From the IMG/VR virus record IMGVR_UViG_3300035698_004319: DNA of 64,000 nucleotides. The stretch is one strand, 5' to 3'. Positions 1 through 8,927 of this stretch are shown here, piece by piece (position 1 is the first letter of the stretch; the number at the start of each line of letters is the position of its first letter). Below the pieces are notes generated by a model. That model was not told the origin of the DNA. It saw nothing but the letters and a program-made list of their open reading frames with translations, and did not search any database. The position numbers and the translations under genes were made by a program. This DNA comes from an uncultured virus (IMG/VR IMGVR_UViG_3300035698_004319). Its lineage: Duplodnaviria > Heunggongvirae > Uroviricota > Caudoviricetes.

Positions 1-124
1 ATAGTGATGACATTAGATATATTAATGATTACGGACAATCATATAACACAAGACAATTTTTTAAAACGGACTATAATCCAGAAATTTTAGAAACATATAA
101 ACAAAAATTAACAAAGGCTATATA

Positions 125-385
125 ATGAAATACGGCGAAGATAAAATAATTAAAGAAATATCAGATTACATACAAGCAACGTATGGTCAACATTACAGTA
201 CCACAAAAGATGGCTTTCAAGTACAAGATATGTTAAGACAATTAGATATTGATAAAGATTTCTGCCAAGCAAATGCTATTAAGTATTTATGTAGGTATGG
301 CAAAAAAGACGGTAAGAATAGAAAAGACTTGCTTAAAGCAATACATTATGTAATTTTATTAATGAGTAGTGAGGATAAAAAGTAA
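125..385 (+). CDS. DUF3310/SaV-like phage protein
   Basis: HY...FCQANAIKYLCRYGKKDG...DLLKAIHY motif typical of the family. Confidence 0.7.
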   Translation: MKYGEDKIIKEISDYIQATYGQHYSTTKDGFQVQDMLRQLDIDKDFCQANAIKYLCRYGKKDGKNRKDLLKAIHYVILLMSSEDKK

Positions 386-735
386 TGACAATTGATACAG
401 AAATTATGTTAATTAATGAAGATGTGGGTAAAAACCTTTATAGAAAAAAAACCTTTTACACTTTAGTTATTGAACAAGAAGTGCTAGCAGATAATAAAGA
501 CCAGGCTGATAAAAAATTTTTAGAATGTGGTGTCGACCATTCTCAAATTAACCACGAACTTACAGAAACAAAAGATGGTGTAGAAACTTATATGGTGGAT
601 GTAGCTTATAATGAGTCAGAACCAACCGAATATATGGGTAAAGTAACAATGGATGAGGAAGAGGATGATATAGACATTGATACCACTGCTGAAGAACAAC
701 TAAAAACGCCATACACAGCTGGCGAAGGAATTTAA
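385..735 (+). CDS. Acidic hypothetical protein
   Basis: TAATG coupling to upstream gene. Confidence 0.6.
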   Translation: MTIDTEIMLINEDVGKNLYRKKTFYTLVIEQEVLADNKDQADKKFLECGVDHSQINHELTETKDGVETYMVDVAYNESEPTEYMGKVTMDEEEDDIDIDTTAEEQLKTPYTAGEGI

Positions 736-755
736 CAACAACAAAGGAGTAAACT

Positions 756-947
756 ATGCTAAACAATACAATAGAACAAATAGAAAAACTGGACGAGGTC
801 ATTGACGCCATTGATAATAAAGATATCGACTCGGCAATTGACAAGTTAAAGGTTATGAAATCCACTTTACAAGAAGAACTTGATAAAGCAGATTCAGATA
901 TTGATACACAATTGACTTTAGAAAATGAAAGCCAATACGGTAAATAA
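756..947 (+). CDS. Small acidic coiled-coil hypothetical protein
   Basis: AAAGGAG RBS before ATG. Confidence 0.6.
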   Translation: MLNNTIEQIEKLDEVIDAIDNKDIDSAIDKLKVMKSTLQEELDKADSDIDTQLTLENESQYGK

Positions 948-1057
948 TGATTAGATATTTAATTGAAAAAATTTACCATTACTCTTGCAAGATGAATGTA
1001 TGGAGTTGGCAAAAATTATATGGAGATAGAACTAAAAGAGGAGGAAAAAACAAATGA
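947..1057 (+). CDS. Small hypothetical protein (MIRYLIEKIYHYSCKMNVWSWQKLYG...), not in ORF track
   Basis: TAATG and ATGA overlaps with both neighbours. Confidence 0.5.
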   Translation: MIRYLIEKIYHYSCKMNVWSWQKLYGDRTKRGGKNK

Positions 1058-1260
1058 TAAAAGACCAAAAACAAATTGATGGTTATTACTATGATGGTAA
1101 AACTTCAAAAACTATTTTTAAAGATTCAGATGGCAAAACAACTCACGTAAAAGACCCTTTGGTGCTAACCAAGGAGATGTTAACACCAGAATCTAAACAA
1201 AAATTACTAGATGATGTTCAACCTATAGTTGAAGATTTACGTAAAATAGGTGGTATATAG
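1054..1260 (+). CDS. Hypothetical protein
   Basis: GGAGG RBS; ORF. Confidence 0.55.
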   Translation: MIKDQKQIDGYYYDGKTSKTIFKDSDGKTTHVKDPLVLTKEMLTPESKQKLLDDVQPIVEDLRKIGGI

Positions 1261-1351
1261 ACCTTAGAAAGAACTCGATTCGCTAATCCTGGTGCGTCCT
1301 GGTACGTGATTTGAGTAGAAAAACAAGACATATCAACACTTTTTTAAAGTA

Positions 1352-1380
1352 TTGACATTTAAAGAATTTTAGTATATAAT
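1352..1380 (+). promoter_or_regulatory. sigma70-type early promoter
   Basis: TTGACA-17 bp-TATAAT, perfect consensus. Confidence 0.85.
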
Positions 1381-1690
1381 GAAAGAAATGAAAGCAAAGA
1401 GATTAGAATTAACAAAATTACGACACTACAAATGGTTGAAATCAGTAGGTCTAAAAGTGAATATGAAAACAGGTCATATCATTATTAAAAGAACTTCCCA
1501 AACATTACATATTCCCCGATACATTCCAAGAAATTCTATACCAACAAGTGATAGAATAGTAAACTTTTCAGGCAAACGAAGCTATGCAACCGCATTGCCC
1601 GAAGGTAAGACAATTTCAGTTGCATATAACAAAGGTCCGTATATGGTGGTTGACGCCAAGGATTTTAAAACAATGGGAAGAAAAATATAA
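1379..1690 (+). CDS. Basic hypothetical phage protein
   Basis: ORF; the true start is probably the second ATG (1388) because the first overlaps the -10 box. Confidence 0.6.
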   Translation: MKEMKAKRLELTKLRHYKWLKSVGLKVNMKTGHIIIKRTSQTLHIPRYIPRNSIPTSDRIVNFSGKRSYATALPEGKTISVAYNKGPYMVVDAKDFKTMGRKI

Positions 1691-2004
1691 TGAAAATATT
1701 AATGTTAATGACTATATTAGTTATAATGACAAGCACAATGGCTAAATCAGAAGAAAACAAATATCCAATGTGTAGTGATAAAACAGATTTTTTTGAAAAA
1801 ACCTGGTGTGAAACGGTTGAATTTCAAAAATCAAATTACGCTGAGGGTAAAGAACAGATAAAAAAATTACCTAGCGATATAGCTGCCGTTCCTGGTACTA
1901 TTAAAACAGATGTTACCAAATTATTTACATCAATAGGAAATGGCGTAACAACACTTGTTACATCAATTTCAAATGGAGTTACTAATGTTACACAAAGTAA
2001 GTGA
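1690..2004 (+). CDS. Exported hypothetical protein
   Basis: N-terminal signal-peptide-like stretch; TAATG coupling. Confidence 0.55.
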   Translation: MKILMLMTILVIMTSTMAKSEENKYPMCSDKTDFFEKTWCETVEFQKSNYAEGKEQIKKLPSDIAAVPGTIKTDVTKLFTSIGNGVTTLVTSISNGVTNVTQSK

Positions 2005-2170
2005 ACTTTGCGATAAAGTGGACGATCTTAAAATCCTTGCAGATAGATTAAGGGTAGCTAAGTATGGTACACCAAAAGATCCAATAGAAGTCATTGACGA
2101 AGCGATTGTACAGATACAAAGTCAAGCAAGATTAATTGGAAGTGACACGAATCAGTACGAAAAAAGATAA
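1955..2170 (+). CDS. Hypothetical protein (start uncertain)
   Basis: ORF fills the gap before the next promoter. Confidence 0.45.
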   Translation: MLHQFQMELLMLHKVSELCDKVDDLKILADRLRVAKYGTPKDPIEVIDEAIVQIQSQARLIGSDTNQYEKR

Positions 2171-2171
2171 T

Positions 2172-2186
2172 GTTCTTGCTTTGTTC
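2172..2186. promoter_or_regulatory. Alphaproteobacterial LexA (SOS) box candidate
   Basis: GTTC-TTGCTTT-GTTC = GTTC-N7-GTTC, intergenic, upstream of an early promoter. Confidence 0.6.
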
Positions 2187-2221
2187 TTTTAAAAACGTTG
2201 ATTTTATTGACTTTTTAGCGC

Positions 2222-2250
2222 TTGACTTTTACTAAGAACTATGTTAGGAT
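2222..2250 (+). promoter_or_regulatory. sigma70-type early promoter
   Basis: TTGACT-17-TAGGAT with extended -10 TG. Confidence 0.75.
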
Positions 2251-2283
2251 ATACAGATAAACAATAACAAAAGGAAATATACT

Positions 2284-2625
2284 ATGACAAATACTACATT
2301 CAAATACGATAAAGACAATCTTTTCAAAGAATTTGAAGACGCAAAACAAAAAGATATTAAATTATCTAAAAAAGAAACTTTAGACGATAAAGAAAACGAT
2401 TTCTTTACAAACAGAATACAGTTTTGCAAAGATCACGCAGAACTAAAAAAAACTAATTCATCTTACTATGAGTTTGTTAATATTAAATTCGATAATTTAT
2501 TGTCTGCTTATCAGACGACAAATCCTAGAGATACTTTTTACATGAAAGTTTTTAATAAGACATACGAAGCTAAGAAATCAGAAGAAGAAAACGAACTGTT
2601 TAATGAAAAACTTGCGACTATTTAG
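2284..2625 (+). CDS. Hypothetical early protein
   Basis: AAAGGA RBS; first gene after promoter. Confidence 0.65.
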   Translation: MTNTTFKYDKDNLFKEFEDAKQKDIKLSKKETLDDKENDFFTNRIQFCKDHAELKKTNSSYYEFVNIKFDNLLSAYQTTNPRDTFYMKVFNKTYEAKKSEEENELFNEKLATI

Positions 2626-3082
2626 TACATTACTATTATTTTTAGCTGTTGCTAACTGTACTACAAATACACGAAGCCAAGTTGGAGCTTCTTTAGGTGC
2701 AGTTACTACAACGGCTACCTGTCTTTCAGTAGGATTAGATAATCCATATGCAATAGCTGGTTGTGCTGTAGCTGGTGCATTTTTAGGTGCAGACCTAATG
2801 TATCAATCAGATTTTGATGTACACAATGCTGTATTTGTAGATCACTTGAATAGGGGAACTTCCTCATCATATACAAATTGGTACAATTCAAAAACAGGTA
2901 ATAGTGGCATTATTAAAGTGTATTCAAGTTATACACAAGGCCCCTTTAAATGTAAAGACTATGACGCAACAATTGATATAACAAACCAATGGCCCTTAAT
3001 TGGTATTGGTGGAGTAAATAGAAAAGTAGTTTTTGGTACTGCTTGTCAGTTACCAGACGGAAAATGGATAGAAAAGAGTTAA
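2603..3082 (+). CDS. Glycine-zipper lipoprotein, Rickettsia 17-kDa antigen / RT0821-like
   Basis: Lipobox VANC; glycine-zipper helices; C-terminal W.N..TG.SG...C..Y...GTACQLPDGKW. Confidence 0.75.
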   Translation: MKNLRLFSTLLLFLAVANCTTNTRSQVGASLGAVTTTATCLSVGLDNPYAIAGCAVAGAFLGADLMYQSDFDVHNAVFVDHLNRGTSSSYTNWYNSKTGNSGIIKVYSSYTQGPFKCKDYDATIDITNQWPLIGIGGVNRKVVFGTACQLPDGKWIEKS

Positions 3083-3222
3083 TATGGCAACACTAGAAGA
3101 TTTAAAAAGACAAATAGAAGAATTGGAACAAGAAAAAGAAATTACCAATTCACAACATAAACTTGACCATATAGATGGCCAAATTTATGAAATTAATGAT
3201 ACAATTAAAAAAGTAACTAGTT

Positions 3223-3588
3223 ATGAAAATTCAAAAAAATAGTCTTATTATTGGGATTATTTTTACCTTATTGTCCTTAGAAATCTCCAGAGCGGATGAA
3301 TCAGTGTTATACAGTAAAATAAAACCTATTGAAAATCAAGGACAGTATTGTTTTGTAAAAGTCATTATCAAACAAAAAGGTAATGAAATAGTAAAAGAAG
3401 AAATTTTGGAGTGTGCTGATGGTAAAAAAGGTATTGAAACCCCAGGTTATTGGGAGTTATTTGCTCAGTTTTATTATAGAGATATAGCAGCCCCAGAGTA
3501 TTGTCGAGTTTATAGTCGACCAAATCACGCTTTTAAGACGTTCGGAAAGACGTGTTTACAACAGGACGGTAAATGGGAGGTGAAATGA
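3223..3588 (+). CDS. Exported cysteine-containing protein
   Basis: Signal peptide; C-terminal CLQQDGKW resembles the preceding lipoprotein's end. Confidence 0.6.
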   Translation: MKIQKNSLIIGIIFTLLSLEISRADESVLYSKIKPIENQGQYCFVKVIIKQKGNEIVKEEILECADGKKGIETPGYWELFAQFYYRDIAAPEYCRVYSRPNHAFKTFGKTCLQQDGKWEVK

Positions 3589-3675
3589 TTAAAAATATAA
3601 TCATAATCTTATTATTAACAGTAATCTATCTTGGTATCAGCTGGAATGAGTTTCTGGCATATGGTTACCTGGGGC

Positions 3676-3704
3676 TTGACAAAGTACAACAAATAGTATA
3701 TACT
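3676..3704 (+). promoter_or_regulatory. sigma70-type promoter
   Basis: TTGACA-17-TATACT. Confidence 0.7.
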
Positions 3705-3725
3705 ATAAAGAATGAGGTTAAATAA

Positions 3726-4334
3726 ATGATGAAAATAAGTAAACTCGCAGGAGTTGTAATTGTAGGACTATTAGTAGCTAATTGCTCTAATACCTATTCA
3801 ATTAAATCTGAGTCAGGAAAAGTAGTTAATACTGTTCCTTCTTGGTATATGGCAGACTTTAAAGATAGTAAAGCTTGCGATAAAAAAATATTTGGTAAAG
3901 ATGATAAGATGTGTATCTACGGAGTAGGTACTTCTGTATCACCAGACTTGAATTTAGCAATTGAAAAAGCAAAGATGATTGCCAAAGCTGAATTAGCAGA
4001 TATTATAAAAGGTGAGATGAACAAACAATCTAAACAGTTTATTACTGAATTGGGTAAAACTACATTAAAAACTGTAGTAAGTGAGGTAGAATCAACACTA
4101 GTTAATGTGATTGAAAAAACACCAGTAAGGGGTTATGAAATATTTGCACAAGATGTGACTCTTACTAAACAGAATTACTATCGAGCTTGGGTTGGGTTAA
4201 GGCTTCCAATGGGAGAATATAACAAAATGTACAACTACACAATTGAGCAAGCTACAGACGCTTATTCTGTAAAAGAAAAAGCACAAGCAGCATATAAAGA
4301 GGTTCTAAAAAATGGCAGTGATACTGTACAGTAA
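3726..4334 (+). CDS. LPP20-like lipoprotein
   Basis: Lipobox LVANC; P.W...G.G.S.DL.LA.EKA...AKAELA pattern. Confidence 0.65.
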   Translation: MMKISKLAGVVIVGLLVANCSNTYSIKSESGKVVNTVPSWYMADFKDSKACDKKIFGKDDKMCIYGVGTSVSPDLNLAIEKAKMIAKAELADIIKGEMNKQSKQFITELGKTTLKTVVSEVESTLVNVIEKTPVRGYEIFAQDVTLTKQNYYRAWVGLRLPMGEYNKMYNYTIEQATDAYSVKEKAQAAYKEVLKNGSDTVQ

Positions 4335-4584
4335 AGAAAATTGTATTTATTGCAATAAGGCCAAGGCGCTATTAAAAAGCCTTGGCCTATCTTACGAAGA
4401 AAAAAAGTTAGAGTCTTATAAAAACACAGAAGAATTTTTTAAAGATATAGGAAAAAAAGTAAAATCAATGCCACAAATTAAAATTGAAGGCAAATTGATA
4501 GGTGGGTATAACCAACTTGTAGAATATTTTACAACTGAGGGTAAAGTAAATTTTAAAGGCAAAGTAATAACAAATGAAAGATGA
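4312..4584 (+). CDS. Glutaredoxin
   Basis: YSKENCIYC, SMPQI, IGGY motifs. Confidence 0.9.
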   Translation: MAVILYSKENCIYCNKAKALLKSLGLSYEEKKLESYKNTEEFFKDIGKKVKSMPQIKIEGKLIGGYNQLVEYFTTEGKVNFKGKVITNER

Positions 4585-5065
4585 GAAAATCATTTTATTT
4601 CCATTAGATAGAATTAAAAATAGAGAAAAAGTTGATAACCCTAATACAAAAGAAAATGAAAAACAAATTGCAAAAGTTAAAATGGAACAGACCAAAAGGT
4701 TTGTTGAAACCCACGTTGACGACATGGCTATGATGATGTTAAGAAAATTTGTAGAGATGGCGATACAAACGGATAAACCAAATTTTACAAAAGATTTGGC
4801 CTTATTGATTGATGTATTACGGGGTATGGTATATAGAGATTTTGATATCTATCATCCAGTGCAAGCTCTTGCAGATAAAATTATTTCTATTAAACAAGGT
4901 AGAAATGGGCCACAGGCTGAAATTAATTATACCACGGTTCTGCCAGAAAACAAAATACCAAAAGCTAAACCTTTAAGTAAAGATATACAAGAGGAGATTA
5001 AATTCCACAATGAAGGATGGGAAGACTTTATAGATGATTTTAATCCAGATGATGAAAAAAATTAA
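4574..5065 (+). CDS. Hypothetical protein
   Basis: ORF overlapping the end of the glutaredoxin gene. Confidence 0.6.
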   Translation: MKDEKIILFPLDRIKNREKVDNPNTKENEKQIAKVKMEQTKRFVETHVDDMAMMMLRKFVEMAIQTDKPNFTKDLALLIDVLRGMVYRDFDIYHPVQALADKIISIKQGRNGPQAEINYTTVLPENKIPKAKPLSKDIQEEIKFHNEGWEDFIDDFNPDDEKN

Positions 5066-5130
5066 AAAAAATTCCATAGGAATCGCCTTCACAGGTTGTA
5101 AAATAGTCAACTTGAAAGGAGCTAAACATT

Positions 5131-5418
5131 ATGTTTAACTTTTTATTTAATAACAAAGGAGAAGATATGAAAGTATCAAAAACACAAAAGGTATTAAACC
5201 TTTTACAATCAGGCAAAGATGTTGCTTGGAAAACGCTAAGACAAAAATTTGACCTTAGATCACCAACTTCAATGATTGGAAAATTAAGAAACCAAGGTAT
5301 TATGATTTACACAAATAAATCTAAATCTGGTATTTCTTTCAGATTAGGTTCGCCTTCGAAAGCTGTTATTGCAGCTGGACAAAGAGCACTATTCGGTAAT
5401 ACAGCTTACGGAGCGTAA
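5131..5418 (+). CDS. Small basic, possibly winged-helix DNA-binding protein (alternative start 5167)
   Basis: Two RBS-ATG pairs; basic, helix-turn-helix-like pattern. Confidence 0.55.
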   Translation: MFNFLFNNKGEDMKVSKTQKVLNLLQSGKDVAWKTLRQKFDLRSPTSMIGKLRNQGIMIYTNKSKSGISFRLGSPSKAVIAAGQRALFGNTAYGA

Positions 5419-5433
5419 GCATAAGTACCTATC

Positions 5434-5468
5434 GAGGGCGGTTAGTAACGAAAGTGAAGACCGCCTTC
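5434..5468 (+). ncRNA. Structured RNA hairpin with loop-E/sarcin-ricin-like motif
   Basis: 10-bp stem GAGGGCGGTT/GACCGCCTTC enclosing AGTA-AC-GAAA-GT-GAA. Confidence 0.5.
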
Positions 5469-5488
5469 AATTGTATATAGAAATTATT

Positions 5489-5656
5489 ATGACTAAAAAA
5501 GAACTGTCAACATCAATTGAAGTATTAACAAATACTATTAAATGGTTTAGAAAACAAGTTGAGCCAGAAGATTGTGGATGGATGTACACAACCATAGATG
5601 GACTAAAACATAGAATACAATCTTTAAGATCAGAATTAAGAAAAATGAATAAATAA
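5489..5656 (+). CDS. Small hypothetical protein (MTKKELSTS...)
   Basis: 3' part of the 5369 ORF; the upstream part overlaps the RNA hairpin. Confidence 0.55.
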   Translation: MTKKELSTSIEVLTNTIKWFRKQVEPEDCGWMYTTIDGLKHRIQSLRSELRKMNK

Positions 5657-5658
5657 AT

Positions 5659-6270
5659 ATGGATTATAAAATAATTGATGATATAATACCACCATCTTAT
5701 CAGAACCATATTAATAATTTAATAAATGCAAAAGAATTTCCTTGGTATTTTGGCCAATCCATTAACTATAATCCAAATAAATTAAAATACGAAGATCCAA
5801 ATATCACAGACGCACCAGGTTTTGGGCATTTAATTTTAGATCCTGAAACTGGCCAACAAAATTCTCCAATGTATCCGCATATTTTACCAGTTTTATTTTT
5901 TTTAGAACAGAATACTGGCATTGTTGTAGATCAGGTAAAAAGAATTAGAGTTAGAAGAACAATACCAGTAACAGGCCATACATTAGAAAAATACACACCA
6001 GCCCACGTAGATTTATCCCAATCAGAAGAATATAAATCTTTAGTATATTATGTTGAAGACTCTGATGGTGATACGGTATTATTTGATACAGAATATAATG
6101 AAGAAAACGGCGATACAGTTATATTTACTGATACTAAAAAACAAATTGTGCGAGTGCCTCCTAAAAAAGGTAGAGGTTTTTTCTTCAAAGGTAAAGTTTT
6201 TCATTCAGGTAATTGTCCTGTAAATTATAAACAAAGAACAATAATAAATTTTGATTTTACAATAAAATGA
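5659..6270 (+). CDS. 2OG-Fe(II) oxygenase
   Basis: HVD...SLVYYV..SDGDT...H...R..INF facial-triad pattern. Confidence 0.8.
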   Translation: MDYKIIDDIIPPSYQNHINNLINAKEFPWYFGQSINYNPNKLKYEDPNITDAPGFGHLILDPETGQQNSPMYPHILPVLFFLEQNTGIVVDQVKRIRVRRTIPVTGHTLEKYTPAHVDLSQSEEYKSLVYYVEDSDGDTVLFDTEYNEENGDTVIFTDTKKQIVRVPPKKGRGFFFKGKVFHSGNCPVNYKQRTIINFDFTIK

Positions 6271-7109
6271 TTTTAGTAGATTTAAACCAAGTATTAATAT
6301 CAAATCTAATGGCTCAGACTAGAGGCCAACCAATACCACCCGATAAAGAAATGGTAAGACATATGGTCATTAATTCTTTAAGAGGGTTTAGCTTAAAATT
6401 TAAACAAGAGTATGGCAACAATATTGTATTGTGTGCTGACGCTGGAGATCCTTGGCGTAGAGATGTTTATCCTAATTACAAACACGCTAGACGAAAAGGC
6501 AGAGTTGATAGTGATACTGATTGGAATAATATATTTACGATAATAACAGAAATTAAAAATGAGATTGCAGAAAACTTTCCATATGTAATGATGTACATTG
6601 AGAAGGCAGAAGCAGATGATATTATAGCAACATTAGTTAAACATACAGATGAACCAATAATGATTATCAGTGGGGATAAAGATTTTATACAGTTACAAAC
6701 TAAAACAAATGTTAAACAATATAGTCCAATTCAAAAGAAATTTGTAGGAACAGAAGAAGATCCTGTAAAATTTCTCCACGAACAGATAATAAGAGGCGAC
6801 AGATCAGATGGTGTGCCTAACATATTAAGTCCAGACGACATCTTTTTAACCGGTCAAAAACAAAAACCTATTAATAAAAAAAGATTGGAAGAGTGGACTA
6901 ATGCTGATAGTATTCCTTTAGGAAGTGAAACTAGAAAATACTATGAGAGAAACCAGAGGCTAATAGACCTTTCTCAAATTCCAAAAGAGTTAGAGGAAAC
7001 TATTATAAATAGATATAAGTTGTATGAAAAACCTAGCAGGTCCAAACTGTTACCGTATTTTATGCAATATAAACTTAAATCATTAATGGAACACATTGGT
7101 GATTTTTAA
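6267..7109 (+). CDS. rnh: T4-like RNase H (5'-3' exonuclease)
   Basis: MILVD, WRR..YP.YK..R, EADD, SGDKDF.QL, GD.SDGVPN. Confidence 0.92.
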   Translation: MILVDLNQVLISNLMAQTRGQPIPPDKEMVRHMVINSLRGFSLKFKQEYGNNIVLCADAGDPWRRDVYPNYKHARRKGRVDSDTDWNNIFTIITEIKNEIAENFPYVMMYIEKAEADDIIATLVKHTDEPIMIISGDKDFIQLQTKTNVKQYSPIQKKFVGTEEDPVKFLHEQIIRGDRSDGVPNILSPDDIFLTGQKQKPINKKRLEEWTNADSIPLGSETRKYYERNQRLIDLSQIPKELEETIINRYKLYEKPSRSKLLPYFMQYKLKSLMEHIGDF

Positions 7110-7130
7110 TATTCGAATATTGGAGTAATT

Positions 7131-7655
7131 ATGGAAGAACAAAAAAGAACAGACAATCCTAATCTTATGAGTAGGAAAATGATGGAGAGAGCTAATAGTA
7201 CAAGTGGTTCGGGAGCTCCCTTAGCTAGTGAAATCTTTACCAAGATTAATAACGCTAAAGATAAACCAAAAAAAATTGCTATCTTACGAGAGAATGATAG
7301 TCGAGGAATGAGAATGTTGCTAAAGGCAGCTTTTGATCCAAAGATTAAATTTGATATGCCAGAAGGACACCCACCTTATGTAGCTAATGAGGCTCCGGCA
7401 GGTACAGATCATACATCTTTGATACAGCAATCAAAAAAATTGTACTTGTTTATAAAGGGTGGTAGCACAATACCAAAACTAAAAAAAGAAACCCTTTTTA
7501 TTCAAATGTTAGAAGGCTTGCATAAAGATGACGCTGAAGCCCTATTAGTAATTAAAGATAAAACATTAAATCGTTCATATAAAGGCCTTACCGACTCAAT
7601 GGTAAAAGAAGCCTTTGATTGGAATGACGATTTCTTCAAAAACACAAAAAAATAG
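7131..7655 (+). CDS. Conserved T4-like phage hypothetical protein
   Basis: Pattern P.G.PPY...L....KKLY.F...K.E.LFIQMLEGLH..DAE, commonly found after rnh. Confidence 0.65.
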   Translation: MEEQKRTDNPNLMSRKMMERANSTSGSGAPLASEIFTKINNAKDKPKKIAILRENDSRGMRMLLKAAFDPKIKFDMPEGHPPYVANEAPAGTDHTSLIQQSKKLYLFIKGGSTIPKLKKETLFIQMLEGLHKDDAEALLVIKDKTLNRSYKGLTDSMVKEAFDWNDDFFKNTKK

Positions 7656-7662
7656 TCAGTTT

Positions 7663-7686
7663 GGGTGTTGTATTTTTGCAACACCC
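7663..7686. terminator. Inverted repeat (terminator or operator)
   Basis: GGGTGTTG-N8-CAACACCC between a gene end and a promoter. Confidence 0.5.
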
Positions 7687-7742
7687 TCACCTAAATTGTT
7701 GATTCCATTCACTTTTTTTTCTAAAAATAATAAATTATCTTG

Positions 7743-7771
7743 TTGACAAAGTAGCATTTTTATGTTATTAT
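7743..7771 (+). promoter_or_regulatory. sigma70-type promoter
   Basis: TTGACA-17-TATTAT with extended -10 TG. Confidence 0.75.
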
Positions 7772-7799
7772 ATACCTATAACTAAGGAGATATAAATAT

Positions 7800-8144
7800 A
7801 TGAAGAAATACTTAATAACATCAACCATTTTACTGAGTCTAATATGGTTCGGTTTAACTAGTTTAATGAACTCGGTTAAAGCTGATGAATACAATACAGC
7901 AGTTATAGGTCACGTTATTACCCAAACGATACAAGGTAATGATATGCAGAAACAAAAGTTAATGGAACAGGAACTACAAAGGGTAGGTCACTTGTATGCC
8001 ATACAAATGTTAGGCATTTTTCAGAAATACTTACCTAGTTTGATAGACAGCGCTATCGCTGATTTGAGATTAAAAGCAGATAAAGATTATAAGTGTGCCT
8101 TATTAAAAGGAACTACAATAGAAGACGATTGTAAAGCTAACTAA
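7800..8144 (+). CDS. Exported/membrane-anchored hypothetical protein
   Basis: AAGGAG RBS; signal peptide ending VKA. Confidence 0.6.
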   Translation: MKKYLITSTILLSLIWFGLTSLMNSVKADEYNTAVIGHVITQTIQGNDMQKQKLMEQELQRVGHLYAIQMLGIFQKYLPSLIDSAIADLRLKADKDYKCALLKGTTIEDDCKAN

Positions 8145-8156
8145 TATAAAGGATAT

Positions 8157-8573
8157 ATGCCGACATCTAAAAAATTTAAAGTAAAAAGAATCTTGAAAAG
8201 GGAACTGATGATTAGTAGAAAATACAAAACTACTTATAAAGACATTGTTAAATTTTTTGAGATGATTAATTCGGCAGTTTTCAATAAAAAACTCTCTCCA
8301 TTTAACGATATAAAAATTAAAAAAATCTATAGAGATGAATCTAAAAAATATTGTTATGGTCAAGTAGTAATATTGGAATCAAAAACAAAAGGCACAAGAG
8401 CCTATAGGTTGGAAATGCAACCCGAATATAGCACAATTAGAGATTTTGTGGACACACTAGGACACGAAATGGTACACCTATACCAAATGGCCAATTTAGG
8501 TGATACTGGTAATCATAACAAACTATTTTATAGTTTTGGCCCTAAACTAAAACAAATAGGTTTACGCCTATAA
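8157..8573 (+). CDS. SprT-like zinc metalloprotease
   Basis: TLGHEMVHLYQ...H...F motif. Confidence 0.75.
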   Translation: MPTSKKFKVKRILKRELMISRKYKTTYKDIVKFFEMINSAVFNKKLSPFNDIKIKKIYRDESKKYCYGQVVILESKTKGTRAYRLEMQPEYSTIRDFVDTLGHEMVHLYQMANLGDTGNHNKLFYSFGPKLKQIGLRL

Positions 8574-8588
8574 CGGAAAGTATATATT

Positions 8589-8927
8589 ATGCAAAAAGTG
8601 AAAGAAAAAAAGTTAAAGAAGTTTAAGGATCCCTTTCTTAAATCGGCTGTTATGAAATCGTTTTATAAGATTGAAGAACTATTGTGGTTAAAATCGAGTG
8701 GCGACAAGGCAATCTATTACGAGGGTAACTTCCAAGAAGATGTGCTAAACAATTTTTCTCAAAAACAATCAGAAAAGATATTCAAAAGAATGAAATTATT
8801 TCAAAGCAAAGAAAATCTGATGTTCTTTCAAAGAAAAACCAAAGCAGTTAATAACTATGATTTAATTGAAATAGATGTGAATATAGAACCAACTCACTTC
8901 TATGAATATATTGTAACTAAAAGATAG
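8589..8927 (+). CDS. Hypothetical protein
   Basis: ORF in operon. Confidence 0.55.
   Translation: MQKVKEKKLKKFKDPFLKSAVMKSFYKIEELLWLKSSGDKAIYYEGNFQEDVLNNFSQKQSEKIFKRMKLFQSKENLMFFQRKTKAVNNYDLIEIDVNIEPTHFYEYIVTKR

Noticed and set aside
5369..5488. 5' extension of the 5369 ORF
   Set aside because: Overlaps the previous gene and the structured hairpin; ATG 5489 is more plausible
7004..7011. TATAAATA inside rnh as a late promoter
   Set aside because: Intragenic in AT-rich DNA; chance occurrence cannot be excluded
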